A DNA stretch of 63,763 bases, filler included, from Octopus bimaculoides (lineage: Eukaryota), in assembly GCF_001194135.2 (NCBI RefSeq). It is 5 parts of 5 records of this genome, joined end to end, with 100 filler letters (N's around TTAATTAATTAA, not from the genome) between each part and the next. Parts side by side here need not be neighbours in the genome. Positions count along the whole stretch, not along the records: positions 5,217 to 31,069 come from NC_068981.1; 4 more parts are not named here. The stretch is one strand, 5' to 3'. Position numbers and translations under genes: made by a program. This document shows positions 12,801-22,405 of the stretch, in pieces. The notes beneath the pieces are model-generated. The model had not been told where the DNA came from, did not search any database, and saw nothing but the letters and a program-made list of their open reading frames with translations. How positions within the stretch are numbered: position 1 is the stretch's first letter; each line of letters begins with the position of its first letter.

Positions 12801-13528
12801 TAGACCTCAGTGATGAGAGCTTAGAACAAAAATCACAAAGTGAATTAGACATTGATCTAATGGAATCTGATTTGCTCTCAAATATAACCAAAGAAAAATG
12901 CATGGAAAACAAGAATGCAACTGAAATGCAAGAATTCAATTCAAGAACCGATCCAAAAATAGCCTCCTCTTCATTACCGAACCTGATAGATGATGATAGT
13001 CAAACCGAGATTGGTATTGAGAAAAATGCTGATAATTACCAGTTGGTTACAGAAACAGAAGACACTAACACAACAACCAGTGTTCTTTCTAATATGATTT
13101 CCCCGAATCTCCTGCCCCACCACACTAATGTGGTCTCGACAGGTACACGAGACAATATTACTTGCAGTAAAACCAATAACAACTCTCTTTTAATCATCAA
13201 AGACGGTACTAGATTTAAACTTGGCCACAAAAGGCACATTTGTAAGTACTGCAGCAAAAGTTTTGCAAGTTCTTCCGCCCTTGTGATTCACACTCGGACA
13301 CACACTGGTGAAAGGCCTTATGAATGTGATTATTGTTCACGAGCCTTCAGCCAGGTCACTGGTCTTCGTCACCATATCAGAACCCATACAGGGTATAAAC
13401 CATACAGCTGTCACTTCTGTTATTACCGATTTGCAAGATCAGATTCTTTAGCTAGGCACTTGAAACTGGAACACCAAAAGAGAAACAAAGATACCTCTTC
13501 AGGAAAAGATGTCAATGCTATACAATAA
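6863..13528 (+). CDS. Large single-exon C2H2 zinc-finger protein (2221 aa; alternative start ATG 7232 gives 2098 aa) with six three-finger clusters and four isolated fingers
   Basis: Uninterrupted 6.7-kb ORF in AT-rich DNA. Triple-finger clusters with TGERP-type linkers lie at 7283-7522, 8192-8431, 8966-9205, 10469-10708, 11879-12118 and 13235-13474. Single fingers lie near 9674, 9752, 11096 and 12659. No KRAB, SCAN, BTB or ZAD domain recognised. Confidence 0.95.
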   Translation: MHKIVEYLPKFKLSLHLYHQVTSGKSCQQILLQETVILLFQLSFESKRNGWNLTSLCLVIAFENNLAIIPLLKNADKLHSTRISIQFVIFFIANKSNSEHLFFISYPVHELVTDILTSSHNNKMSTDKHSSLKSRKSIKKHRCEFCNKEFMSSSALVIHRRSHTGLRPYKCPFCSRAFSQMTGIQHHIRTHTGERPYVCNICHFKFSRSDSLARHIKKRHSSVQNGLVKRKKKTSEISKKQLLLSYYNNSHSDPTTSQLTDSSFMLNGFLDVPTEFQSSNLGINSDVHITDDSSKNSRLKFPDETHSHNKVTDSFIRDKRFTHSRIQSPRLRTKSMDKKYSFSNCNLPEFRYSDVAHQRISVPQNEISENSRKNYKRTEETSLLQSKVNKRCNYNPNISYANNLDNIHFKNVSDISISTELESKLHNYQYANRRNLDTKNGKYHKCFFCFKCFASKSALNIHKRIHTGIRPYVCKMCGRSFTQKTGLRHHYRTHTQERPYKCSICFYAFARSDSLLRHTKLRHKKLKKKAPVYNKQLRKPPECYPNSEHFLEKSGSFKQVVLQNENNNIFENDHLVAKNVNDLDIHEYSIRNNTNSNHVSVVDSTLLLDPLITVSDEINYGRHHVQSTDFSNSNLSSGVVLNIERPEITRTNSPIYITDDEEEFDVISFPEKNENVPAVKSCLKPSTNSKNTTGKYGKKRNLPCNFCHKTFSSFSVLKVHRRIHTGVRPYRCKFCGRSFTQQTGLTHHLRTHTGEKPYSCGNCNAQFSRSDSLARHWRQQHLKHSNTKGNHLKQINRTKKDHVSSSSTDENLSISAKDVRLSESETNNVQEISDNNPSLDQVNFASVVIKSEVSNDEPVQAVICDTSSKDEPVQAVICDTSSNDDAGTADKLETDDLSPTWKSGSSYRDDGNFSNIEIETFEPVPNAFSPSNEPNLQLKCSSCKKVFNDKTLLSSHVCEVNTEYQCFLCDMNFNNTILLAEHMSEQHNLKQNCKREGELSQFSFEDEFGSLVEMVITHNNDRDVCRIYLSDFSENTQTIEMNMDEKINQNLSDIWESTENRKLEVAQHSPNGFDSKANIFCQSDYNAGTISNHKDSSEDILQIKLEQDQQEISDIVSQNNSSFESFCLTNQEQEFRNALEPNTSPLGTQTNGINSEASNFVDNSSDAGISIPLLDLNQCKTEDNDSNTAQLNKDSKQTRHKQRQCEFCKKSFNSKWALIIHRRSHTGEKPYECGHCGRGFSQLSGVQHHILTHTGERPFECQICHFKFARSDSLVRHTRLKHSECARENGSKEEPKKVSTLSNDQSLVRDLRNAYSTDMLDMETDIQNNCTMIEPMLQDKNLINLSEYPLLLSSQVKESDTKENIASNSEDHITLKDIHKEVDFDKDIKNCNMLDLSLSPSKDISAKQIKTFDCKFCGSLFPNSDVLLQHLMLSHSNEIILNDIKTDILLKSGSEQNKNSSQDFLSISESKEALTFHSSNASSFTENCLQRDSILHLLKEYDLGMVTENNSTLNRDESNPNFNVDLKYIENVETIPLDRLEQNGDGQEMDQSQNSFQNIIDITETNFDLKETSVDEIIEKDLNTSEEKNLKDVDVGNVEENNNNNNNNDDDDDDVICITPENFPSSFQMNSLKAFAEDFHVTEEKSYEASYMSLTDNNNVSAREVTEQSNRSNSCRFCGKSFPTQSALKVHQRTHTGLRPYKCPTCGRAFTQKVGLQHHVRTHTGERPYQCKYCIQKFARSDSLGRHIRHKHLKATKDLNSVSNYQKSLVSPLSLESDANQEAARKREMNGGNSNQLESNFIESQEHSSSTNPNQKDFVMMTPNSFGDLFVLEPSDNHVKNNLNECFQEYISYSRLNDDNHIDRKTLNICDQMEERMQNSSYSTPNASLLQSSSNTPGKSSDTIVLEEMAINISDSECNSPEQNTTIKYENDLTCDICCKEFSNSHLLIKHLKDHINASKETATNPDKTISAPVPTCYLIDLSDESLEQKSQSELDIDLMESDLLSNITKEKCMENKNATEMQEFNSRTDPKIASSSLPNLIDDDSQTEIGIEKNADNYQLVTETEDTNTTTSVLSNMISPNLLPHHTNVVSTGTRDNITCSKTNNNSLLIIKDGTRFKLGHKRHICKYCSKSFASSSALVIHTRTHTGERPYECDYCSRAFSQVTGLRHHIRTHTGYKPYSCHFCYYRFARSDSLARHLKLEHQKRNKDTSSGKDVNAIQ
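9421..9513 (+). repeat. In-frame 42-bp tandem duplication inside the ZNF ORF (DEPVQAVICDTSS x2)
   Basis: The period of 42 nt is visible from ttctaa at 9421, 9463 and 9505. The two units differ at one base. Confidence 0.9.
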
Positions 13529-14499
13529 CGGAACTCTTTATTTTATATTTGTATATATTTATTTATTGGTATGGGGGAATTTTGTTCCACAGTCTCATTA
13601 TTTCTAGAATGTGTGTGTGCGTATGTGAATGTACATGCATGCATGTATGTGTAAATGTGTGTGTGTGTGTGTGTGTGTGAATGAATATGTCATAATCATC
13701 ATTTTAATATCATATCCACTTTTCTGTGCTTTCATGGGTGAGATGAAATTTGTTGAGGCAGATTGTCTACAACTGGATGCCCTTCCTGTCACCAACTCTC
13801 ACTTGTTTCCAGTCAAGGTAATATTTCTCCATGGCCAGACATGTTTCTCATGGGAGATTGGAAATGAAAGTGACACTCATTTACACCCTACACACAATGT
13901 CAAAACAAGGACATATACACATTCACACACATATATATTGGCTAATAATCTTAGCCTGTATGACAACAACAGCTATGTTTCTTGGAATAAGAGATTTCAT
14001 TCATCTGTATTTTTTTAAAGAGAAATTACCAAAAGATTGGTTATTTATCTACTAAATTGTTTATATTGAATCCCATGCAGATCATCATTAAAAATAAAAA
14101 TAATAATAACAATTATAAATCAACAAACTACCTCTGTATCTCCTTGTTGACATGTGCTTTCATGGGTGAGATTAAATTTTATACATACGTTTTCCCTCTG
14201 GTGGTGAACTTGTCATTAAAGGGGAGAGAATTTCTTCTTGATTAGACAAAGTCGAACCAGCATTTTTAATTTAAACATTTTTTATTTCTTTTTTTCTTAC
14301 ACAAAATAAAAAATAAAATCAAGTTCTTTTATTTATTTATTCATTTTTTTTTTTAATCCTTCTTTGGAATTGTTGATGCAGCATAACTCGAAACACAAAT
14401 TAAGCTAAATTCCACATTCTATGAAGTTTCATAAAGAAGAGAGAGAATACAAGATGGTTCATAGTTTGGGGGGATAGACACAAACACATACATACATAT

Positions 14500-14668
14500 A
14501 CATATATACGATGGGCTTCTTTCAGTTTCCGTCTACCAAATCCACTCACAAGGCTTTGGTTGGCCCGAGGCTATAGTAGAAGACACTTGCCCAAGGTGTC
14601 ACGCAGTGGGACTGAACCTGGAACCATGTGGTTGGGAAGCAAGCTTCTTACCACACAGCCACTCCTGT
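14500..14668 (-). mobile_element. SINE family B (tRNA-derived head, CORE-like accttgggcaagtg)
   Basis: The minus strand reads ggagtggctgtgtggtaag (A box) ... ggttcagtccc (B box) ... accttgggcaagtgtcttctactatagcc. It recurs at 33720-33998, 34432-34590, 39676-39760 and in older copies. Confidence 0.8.
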
Positions 14669-15854
14669 TGAACTTCCTTTTGTTATAGCTTCTTTCTTCA
14701 AACTGTTGCTCCCTAGAACTCATTACCATTGTCATGTTTTCCTCTGGATTATGATATTCAGCCCTTTAACCTTTCTGTCAGTTGATGTCTTTTGAATTTA
14801 TTAGCCCCTTTTCCTTCTTTGTACTCCCTTATGCTACAGTGGCCTCAAGTGTTCTTTGGAGGAAAAATCATATAAAAAGAGCAGAAAATACACAGAGTAA
14901 ACTAATTGTACCATTCTGTGCCAACTTGAAGCTCATTGAATTTGTCTATTGCAAGATTGTTATCATCCCTGATCTAACAGATTTATCATCAAAAATATTC
15001 CAGCCATGATATTCTGGTTTTTATAGCAGTGTGTAGGATTATGTTATATATAATATGCTCTTTCTTTATTTAAGATGGCAAAGAGTGATTTGAGGTAGAT
15101 TTGTCTGCTATTTCTACGAGGTCAAGCAACTACATACAGGCTCCATTGTTGCCCTGTTATTGTTGTGTAAGTCTGCTTTGATGCAGCAGTCTTGTGGCAT
15201 GCAGGTAGTCAGCCAAATGACAAAACATGAGCCACAGATCAATCTTTCCAGTTATACTAGCTGAGGGCCATGCTGCACTCTGACACACAGTGTGGTAGTG
15301 GACATCTTCTCTTTTACATTATTTACATATTTACAATTGATGGATATTTGTCCTCATCTTGTTTGTTGTTAACACGTTTCGGCTGATATACCCTCCAGCC
15401 TTCATCAGGTGTCTTTGGGTAATTTTGAACCTGGGTTCTCATTCCTAAGGTATTATTATTATTGTTATTACTATCCAGGTCACTGCCTGGAATCGAACTC
15501 GGAATCTTGTGATTAGTAGCCCGTGCTCTTAACCACTATGCCATATGCCTGTGGGATTATAAGCTATGATAATAATAGGGATTCAAAGGAATATGCAAGC
15601 AGAACCATTAAATATAAGCAAGAAAATCCAGCTGATACATTAGTAGAGGGCCCACCACATACGCTTGTGTATGCATGGTGGGCCCTCCTAAAAAAAAAAA
15701 CCTCCTTGAATTATAAGGAGAGTTTCTTAACTGGGGTTCAACAATAGTCTTGTTCTATCTTATAAAATTTCTTTTAGAGACCCCACATGCAGAAAGTTTT
15801 GAAGAGATAACAATAAATGCATCAATGACTTAGTAATTCCACTTCTCAGCGTGA

Positions 15855-16118
15855 TCATTACCTTCCTGGCACTTGAAAAGACATTCAAGCGAGATCGTTG
15901 CCAGTACCTCCTGACCGGCCTTCATGCCGGTGGCACTTAAAAGCACCCACTACACTCTCAGAGTGGATGACGTTAGGAAAGGCATCCAGCTGTAGAAACT
16001 ATGCCAAATCAGATTGGAGCCTGGTGTAGCCATCTGGTTTCACCAGTCCTCAGTCAAATTGTCCAACCCATGCTAGCATGGAAAGCGGACGTTCAATGAT
16101 GATGATGATGATGATGAT
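15855..16118 (+). mobile_element. SINE family A
   Basis: Same tail as 5217-5470, ending in (GAT)n. Confidence 0.8.
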
Positions 16119-16405
16119 TGCTCCTTTAAGTATTAACAATAGACCATTGAGAGGAAAGTCAATACTCATCACTTTGGAAACCATGGTAATTAGGTGCAAT
16201 TCCACAGATCATTGAGAATAGAGAATGAAAACACCTCCATACACTACAAAAAAATTAAACTTTCCAATATTAGTTAAACAATTTTCTTATTTGATGTTTT
16301 TTTCTTTTAAACTTTATGCAATTCCTCTAACCTGAAGAATAAACAGAATGTTAAAGAATTCTTGCTACTCCCAACAACATTAAGATGAGTTAAAATGACT
16401 GGAAA

Positions 16406-16635
16406 TCATCATCATCATCATCATTTAATGTCCGCCTTCCATGCTAGCATGGGTTGGACGATTTGACTGAGGACTGGTGAAACCAGATGGCTACACCAGG
16501 CTCCAATCTGATTTGACAGAGTTTCTACAGCTGGATGCCCTTCCTAACGCCAACCACTCCGAGAGTGTAGTGGGTGCTTTTACGTGCCACCGGCACAAAG
16601 GCCAGTCAGGCAATGGGTCATGCTCAAAATGGTGT
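16406..16635 (-). mobile_element. SINE family A (inverted relative to the 15855 copy)
   Basis: Reverse complement of the family A tail with (ATC)n at 16406. Confidence 0.8.
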
Positions 16636-17210
16636 ATTTTGTTCAGGAAATATATGTAGACAAGTTTCCATCCCTTCTGCCAGTAAAAAACAAATGAAAT
16701 TCAAAGCAAAATTTTTAGAAAAAAATTGAAAAAATTTCTTCTCTGTTCACACACGAACTAGTACAAGTTAGTCTTGCAAACATGTATAGAAAGTGACTAC
16801 ATTTATCACATCATAGATGATATAAATACTCATAAGCAAACAAAATCCAGTTGAATTTTGCAGCTGAATTCATTAACCGTTCATGCCAAAACATGCTTAC
16901 TAACAACTAGCAAAGGAAGAAGCAAACATATTCTGTGTGTGTGTCTGAAGGTCTATATTAAAAGCATATGCAATCACAAATACACAAGGTCCCTATATAC
17001 ATAACCCTATTTTATTTTAATTAATTAATAGACCATCATCTCATTACACATGCAAGCACACAAAATTTCTTACACTGACCTTTATGCATATATAAAAACC
17101 ATGCCAAGACAGACGCAGAAGTTTGGTGTAGTCTTCTACCTGGCTAAGTCCTGTCAAACTCTTCAACCGATGCCAACATGGAAGGTCGACATTAAACGAT
17201 GAGGATGCAT

Positions 17211-17258
<48 letters not shown>

Positions 17259-18440
17259 TTCTATTTATAAATATCCTAGAATATCTAGAATATCACATTG
17301 CCTTGGCCTTGTTATCTTATTATATATATNNNNNNNNNNNNNNNNNNNNNNNNNNNNNNNNNNNNNNNNNNNNNNNNNNNNNNNNNNNNNNNNNNNNNNN
17401 NNNNNNNNNNNNNNNNNNNNNNNNNNNNNNNNNNNNNNNNNNNNNNNNNNNNNNNNNNNNNNNNNNNNNNNNNNNNNNNNNNNNNNNNNNNNNNNNNNNN
17501 NNNNNNNNNNNNNNNNNNNNNNNNNNNNNNNNNNNNNNNNNNNNNNNNNNNNNNNNNNNNNNNNNNNNNNNNNNNNNNNNNNNNNNNNNNNNNNNNNNNN
17601 NNNNNNNNNNNNNNNNNNGGGGGGGGGGGCAGTTGTGGACACATTTCTACCTCAATAGGCATTATCAACAGAGCACTTGTCCAACCTCAGGGCTATTAGA
17701 GATACAAGGCTTAGTCTTATACCATAAAATAACACATGGCCCAGGTAATCTGCATAATTGAAACAAAAATGAGCTGAGAGGTCAGTGGCTGGCATTTGAA
17801 CGACATTCACAAATACAGGTATATCAAATACCATACAACATAAATTTTTAATTTATCTCCACTTCTAGAAGTGTTGTAACTCCCACACACGCACACATGG
17901 ATACACACACACACACAAATTAAGGATATGTAGCATTTTGATTGTAGGATGTCTAAATCTTGCAAGCTGACCAAGTACACTATCTGAATGGACAAACGAA
18001 CTAATCCCTGAAAAGTTTTTTGAACAAGTTATATTTTATTTTTTGTAAAATTCAAAATTGCAATGCCTGTTCATTAGGGTATATCAGCAAAGAATATACA
18101 CACAAAAAAAGAAATATATATATAGATATATATAAATACATGAATATATTATATAATAATAATTCTATACAACGAGTACAAAAAGAGTATTTAATACTAA
18201 ATTGTGTGTGTGAATATACGTGTAGTTTTTCTTACAACTGATCAAATAAAACGGTGAGAAAACAGTCAGAAGTGATTGGTAATCAGAACACTGCCGATTA
18301 CGTCATATGCTTCGTTCAAGTGAATACATTTATATATACATTCATTGATGGGCAGTGTTTCAATTCTCGCAGCTGAAATACCGTTATACTTGAAAGAATT
18401 GTAGTTATCTCTTAATTATTATTATTTTTTTTTAACGTGT

Positions 18441-18923
18441 CTAGGCTACAAATTCGTACCGCACTGGTTCTAGTAGAGTAGGTTTATTTTTAGCAATTGA
18501 TACAAAGTGCCTTTTTACAGGACCTGCGGGCTGTCTCTTTAAACAAACGCGAACTCCTTTAGCTTTTGCTTCAGTCTTCAGTTTACTACATTCGACAATT
18601 CTCTTACGGAAATCTTCTTGACACTTGGATGGTTTCACGTGTTCGATTCTCAGGTTGATTCTCTTTGGGATGATGCGATGCTTCACTCGTTTATTGATGA
18701 TCACCCCAACGGCGTGTTGTGTTACGTTGAAGACTCGACCCGTACGACCGTGGTAAGATTTATGTGGCATACCTTTTTGTACACCTCCGTCACCTTTAAC
18801 ATCGACCAAGTCGCCACGTTTATAAACTTTCATGTAAGTGGACAGCGGAAGGACTCCGTGGCGCCTGAAGGCTCTGGCGAACATATGCCGGGTCCCCCGG
18901 CGATAACCTTTTGTGTTTGTCAT
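18441..18923 (-). CDS. RPL21: 60S ribosomal protein L21 (eL21), copy 1, intronless CDS
   Basis: Intact 160-aa [15 protein letters not shown]...[26 protein letters not shown]...KRQP...YEFVA with the hallmark eL21 motifs. Confidence 0.96.
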
Positions 18924-18939
18924 TGTAAATTAAGGGAAG

Positions 18940-19778
18940 CTGAAAAAATAAGTAAATAAATAATTAGAAAATAAAAATAAAGTGTATAATAAATGGAAAG
19001 ACAACAACACAAATCAAATAACTGGAACCGAAATAATAAGGTTGGAATGTATGTAAACGAATGACTAGAGAGAGAAATAGTACGTGTGTGTGTGTGTGTG
19101 AATGTTTGTGTATACGTGTACGAGTGTTGCAGCTAAAAGAAGATATTTTGTGTGGGGATATTGTGTTATATAGTAGGATCTGAGGAAACGTATCATTTGT
19201 ATGTACGGCTGAGCAAATGTCTAATTAACAGTATATATGTGTGAGAAAAATAGGCAGAGTGTGCGAATTATTTAAATCGAATAGTTTGAGGAGTCAGTGA
19301 CCGAAAGGATAAGTGATAATGTTGATAGTTTCGATGCAGTACTGTACTGATTTGTGCCAGGCCTACTATCCCCGCTCAACCATCTGAAAAGTAGAGCTGG
19401 TAAAAAGAAAAAATAAACTGTTATGTAATGTAAAATATTCAGTTTGCGGGTTAGTAAAATCAGTAGAGCGGAGGACAAAATGAACTGTAGCATTTAGTTG
19501 CCGTGCTTAGTTCAAATCCCGCCGATCTGAGATTGATAAAACTCGGTACCAGTCAAGCACTGAAAACGATTTCATATTCATATAAAGTATCCGAGATGTA
19601 CATGGAACACTAGAGGATTTCTTCACCCCACTCTATCTCTTTTCCCCTTGCTCCTGGATGGGAATGAAAGAATGAACCAGTTATTACTATAGAACGATAA
19701 ATGTTATATACCTTGAAAAACAAAACACCGAGTGAATTGTTTATGAAATTGAATTGATAAAAACAATAAATTGATTAC
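18940..19778 (-). other. Predicted 5'-UTR intron of RPL21 copy 1
   Basis: Minus strand: donor catag|GTAATC with the intron starting at 19778. Acceptor ttatttatttacttattttttcAG| ends at 18940, 16 nt before the ATG. Confidence 0.6.
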
Positions 19779-19860
19779 CTATGTCAACAAACGTCGGCTA
19801 TCACAGCAAAGAAATGGAAAAGTGAAACAAGAGAAATGTACTGCGCATGCACCAATAAGA
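19779..19860 (-). promoter_or_regulatory. Candidate TOP/TCT-type start, non-coding exon 1 and promoter motifs of RPL21 copy 1
   Basis: A minus-strand pyrimidine tract tttctcttgtttcacttttccatttctttg (~19810-19838) precedes the donor. An NRF1-like palindrome tgcgcatgca (19842-19851) and a CCAAT (19852-19856) lie immediately upstream. Ribosomal-protein mRNAs typically start in such tracts. Confidence 0.55.
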
Positions 19861-20159
19861 ATAATCGATATCAGAAATCAAAAAAAATAAAATAAAATAA
19901 AAAGCGGCGTACAATACAGGATATGAGTATTGATTAGACTGGAGTTTTTGTTGTTGTTTTAGGTAGATAATCCTGCGGATAGAGAAAGAGTGATTAGTAG
20001 CTTATTGCAAATAAACGTGTATACAAATTAGGATTCAGCTAAATCGGTCAGGCTAACTTCTATATCATTACATATGCTGACTAATCACCAATAAAGAAAC
20101 ATATTACATAGCGTAATAAAACATGTATAAAATCAAATTGTCCAGAAAAAGTATTTGCT

Positions 20160-20232
20160 ATCCACGGACCCCCTGTCTTGTCCTTGCGGACCCCTGTGGT
20201 CCGCAGACCACAGTTTGAAAACCCCTGCTCTA
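20160..20232 (-). mobile_element. hAT/Charlie-like non-autonomous element terminus
   Basis: The minus strand begins caggggttttcaaactgtggtctgcggacc, a CAGGGGTT-type hAT TIR. The partner end was not found. Confidence 0.4.
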
Positions 20233-20941
20233 GCCGACAGTAGTGCTATCGACTATCCAATGTCATTTTTATCGGTACTATAATCATTTTTGTTCCTCAG
20301 AGCTGGTTGTTGTATTCCATTCAGGTACCGTTAATACAACCCACCACTCAGGCCTTGCGCTAACCACCACGTCCAATCTTTCATTCCCAGAACACTGGGC
20401 CGTTCAACTCTTCTCTATGCTCATGTTTTTTCCGCGGGTGTTGACCAGCAAACCACTTAAACGGAACATTAACTGTATCAAGTCCACTAGTCTCGGAGAA
20501 CACGTTAAAGTTTTTGACACTGTCCTTTCCTTCAGATTTAATAAGAAAAACAAATGCATTACATTTCAAATTATCTAATGAATGCCAAGTAGTGTACCAT
20601 GAATCGATGAATGAATAAATCTATCTATCTATCTATCCGTCTGTCTGTCCATATATATATATATATATAATCCAAGAGAGTTAGGGGTTGAGAATCCAAC
20701 CCACTAAGGTATAACATCTATCCAATACACTGCTGGGAGGGTACCCAATTATTGTTACACTAGTGTTTTACCAAGTGTAATAAGTGGGTGCGAGTAAAAG
20801 AGCGTTTTACTCTAAATTTATACAGCAATAAGAAAATGGAGGGGAATATGAAGTACTCATCAACTTGCAGACACTGTACTCAATCAACAGAGTACAGTAT
20901 CTGCAAGTTGATGAGTACCTCATATTCCCCTNNNNNNNNNN

Positions 20942-20979
<38 letters not shown>

Positions 20980-21171
20980 TAGTTGTCTAAGTATCCCGAT
21001 TGATAAAATCGGTTGAAATGGATCTATAATACTGCATGCTTTGATATATATTATATGATACTAATATCAAAAGAATGAGACAGAGAAAGACATGTGTGTG
21101 TATGTGGATGTATGTGTAAGAGAGAGAGAGAGAGAGAGAGAGACATCTGTGTGGATGTGGATGTATGTGTA

Positions 21172-21204
<33 letters not shown>

Positions 21205-22074
21205 GACAGAGAGAGAGAGATGAAGAAGAGGGTACGCGTGCACGCTGTGGTGGGAAAAGGATAAAGACCGATAATGCAGAAAGCAAGTGGTTATAGATTA
21301 TTGCGCATCGCCCGGTATAGATGAAAATCGATATTTAAGTAGCTGCCTACAATCAGATGTCTCAATGACCTTCATGTGTTGATGAAGTAACTCGCTGCGT
21401 ACAAAATATAAGGTTGTCTCGACTCGGACGACCGACTAACTTTTGGATGTGATTTAATGTGTTTGAAGAGATGACAGAGGATAACGCATCAACTAAGAAA
21501 ATTTTTATTATTTTAGTAGAGAGAAAGAAATCAGGAAGAATAATTAGAAAGACGAATGAGCAAAAGAAGAGAAGAAAGCTAAAATTTTAAACGAATATTA
21601 TAGATTTCGTAAACAGCAATGTTTGTATTTTGGCAAGTATTTTAATTTATTTTATCCGTCTTTCCAATTACCTTTACCGTTTCCAACCTATTTTTTTATA
21701 GTTGCTGTTAGGATGTTGTTATTACTTAATCCCCCCAAGTGAATGCTATTTAAGCAAATCTTTTAACTGAATACATTCCAACCTGTCTACCTAGGGCTGC
21801 ACACAATTTAAAAATAAAAAAAGACAGTTTGAAGTGTTTGAGGGAGATTTGACTGCTATTTCTTGTATAATGCCTAGGCGACCTCAGTTTTTTTTTTAAT
21901 TGGAATTCTGGTTTTTACTCCCTCTTTCTAAGTGTGATGAAATGAATAATTTAATAATTTAATTAGAAACAATTATTTGCAAAGAAAACACGATATATTT
22001 ATTCATTATTCTTAATAATTATTCCTAAGCGAAGTGCATGACCACATTTTTGGTGGAGTTTAGGAGGTTAAATC

Positions 22075-22405
22075 GAACTTGTACATGACTAGTATTTATT
22101 TTATCGCCTCCAGAAGCGACGTAATACAAGGTTAATTACATGGAATTCGAACTCACAATGCAAAAGGATGACACTAAACACTGCAGGTATTTTCTACGAT
22201 GTTCTATCGATTTTGCCAATAATAGTTTCGAAAATTTAATATTGGTTTCAAATTTTGGCACAAGGCCAGCAATTTCGGAGGAAGAAATAAGTCGATTACA
22301 TCGACTCCAGGACTCGGCTGGTACTGTTTTATTGAACCCGAAAGGAAGAAAGGCAAAGACGACTTCGGCGGAATTTGAACTCAGAACATAAAGACGGAAG
22401 AAATG
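22075..22405 (-). mobile_element. SINE family C fragments
   Basis: Contains aaggaagaaaggcaaagacgacttcggcggaatttgaactcagaacataaagacggaagaaatg, the reverse complement of the family C head/core. Confidence 0.6.

Noticed and set aside
6863-13528. Calling the ZNF a Spalt/SALL orthologue
   Set aside because: Finger 1 (SxSALxIH) and the dispersed-cluster layout recall SALL, but the FTTKGNLK SAL-box finger is absent and the clusters are triplets. No gene symbol assigned.
18940-19778. snoRNA in the RPL21 intron, as in vertebrates
   Set aside because: No convincing C/D box pair was seen on the sense strand. H/ACA RNAs cannot be excluded by eye.
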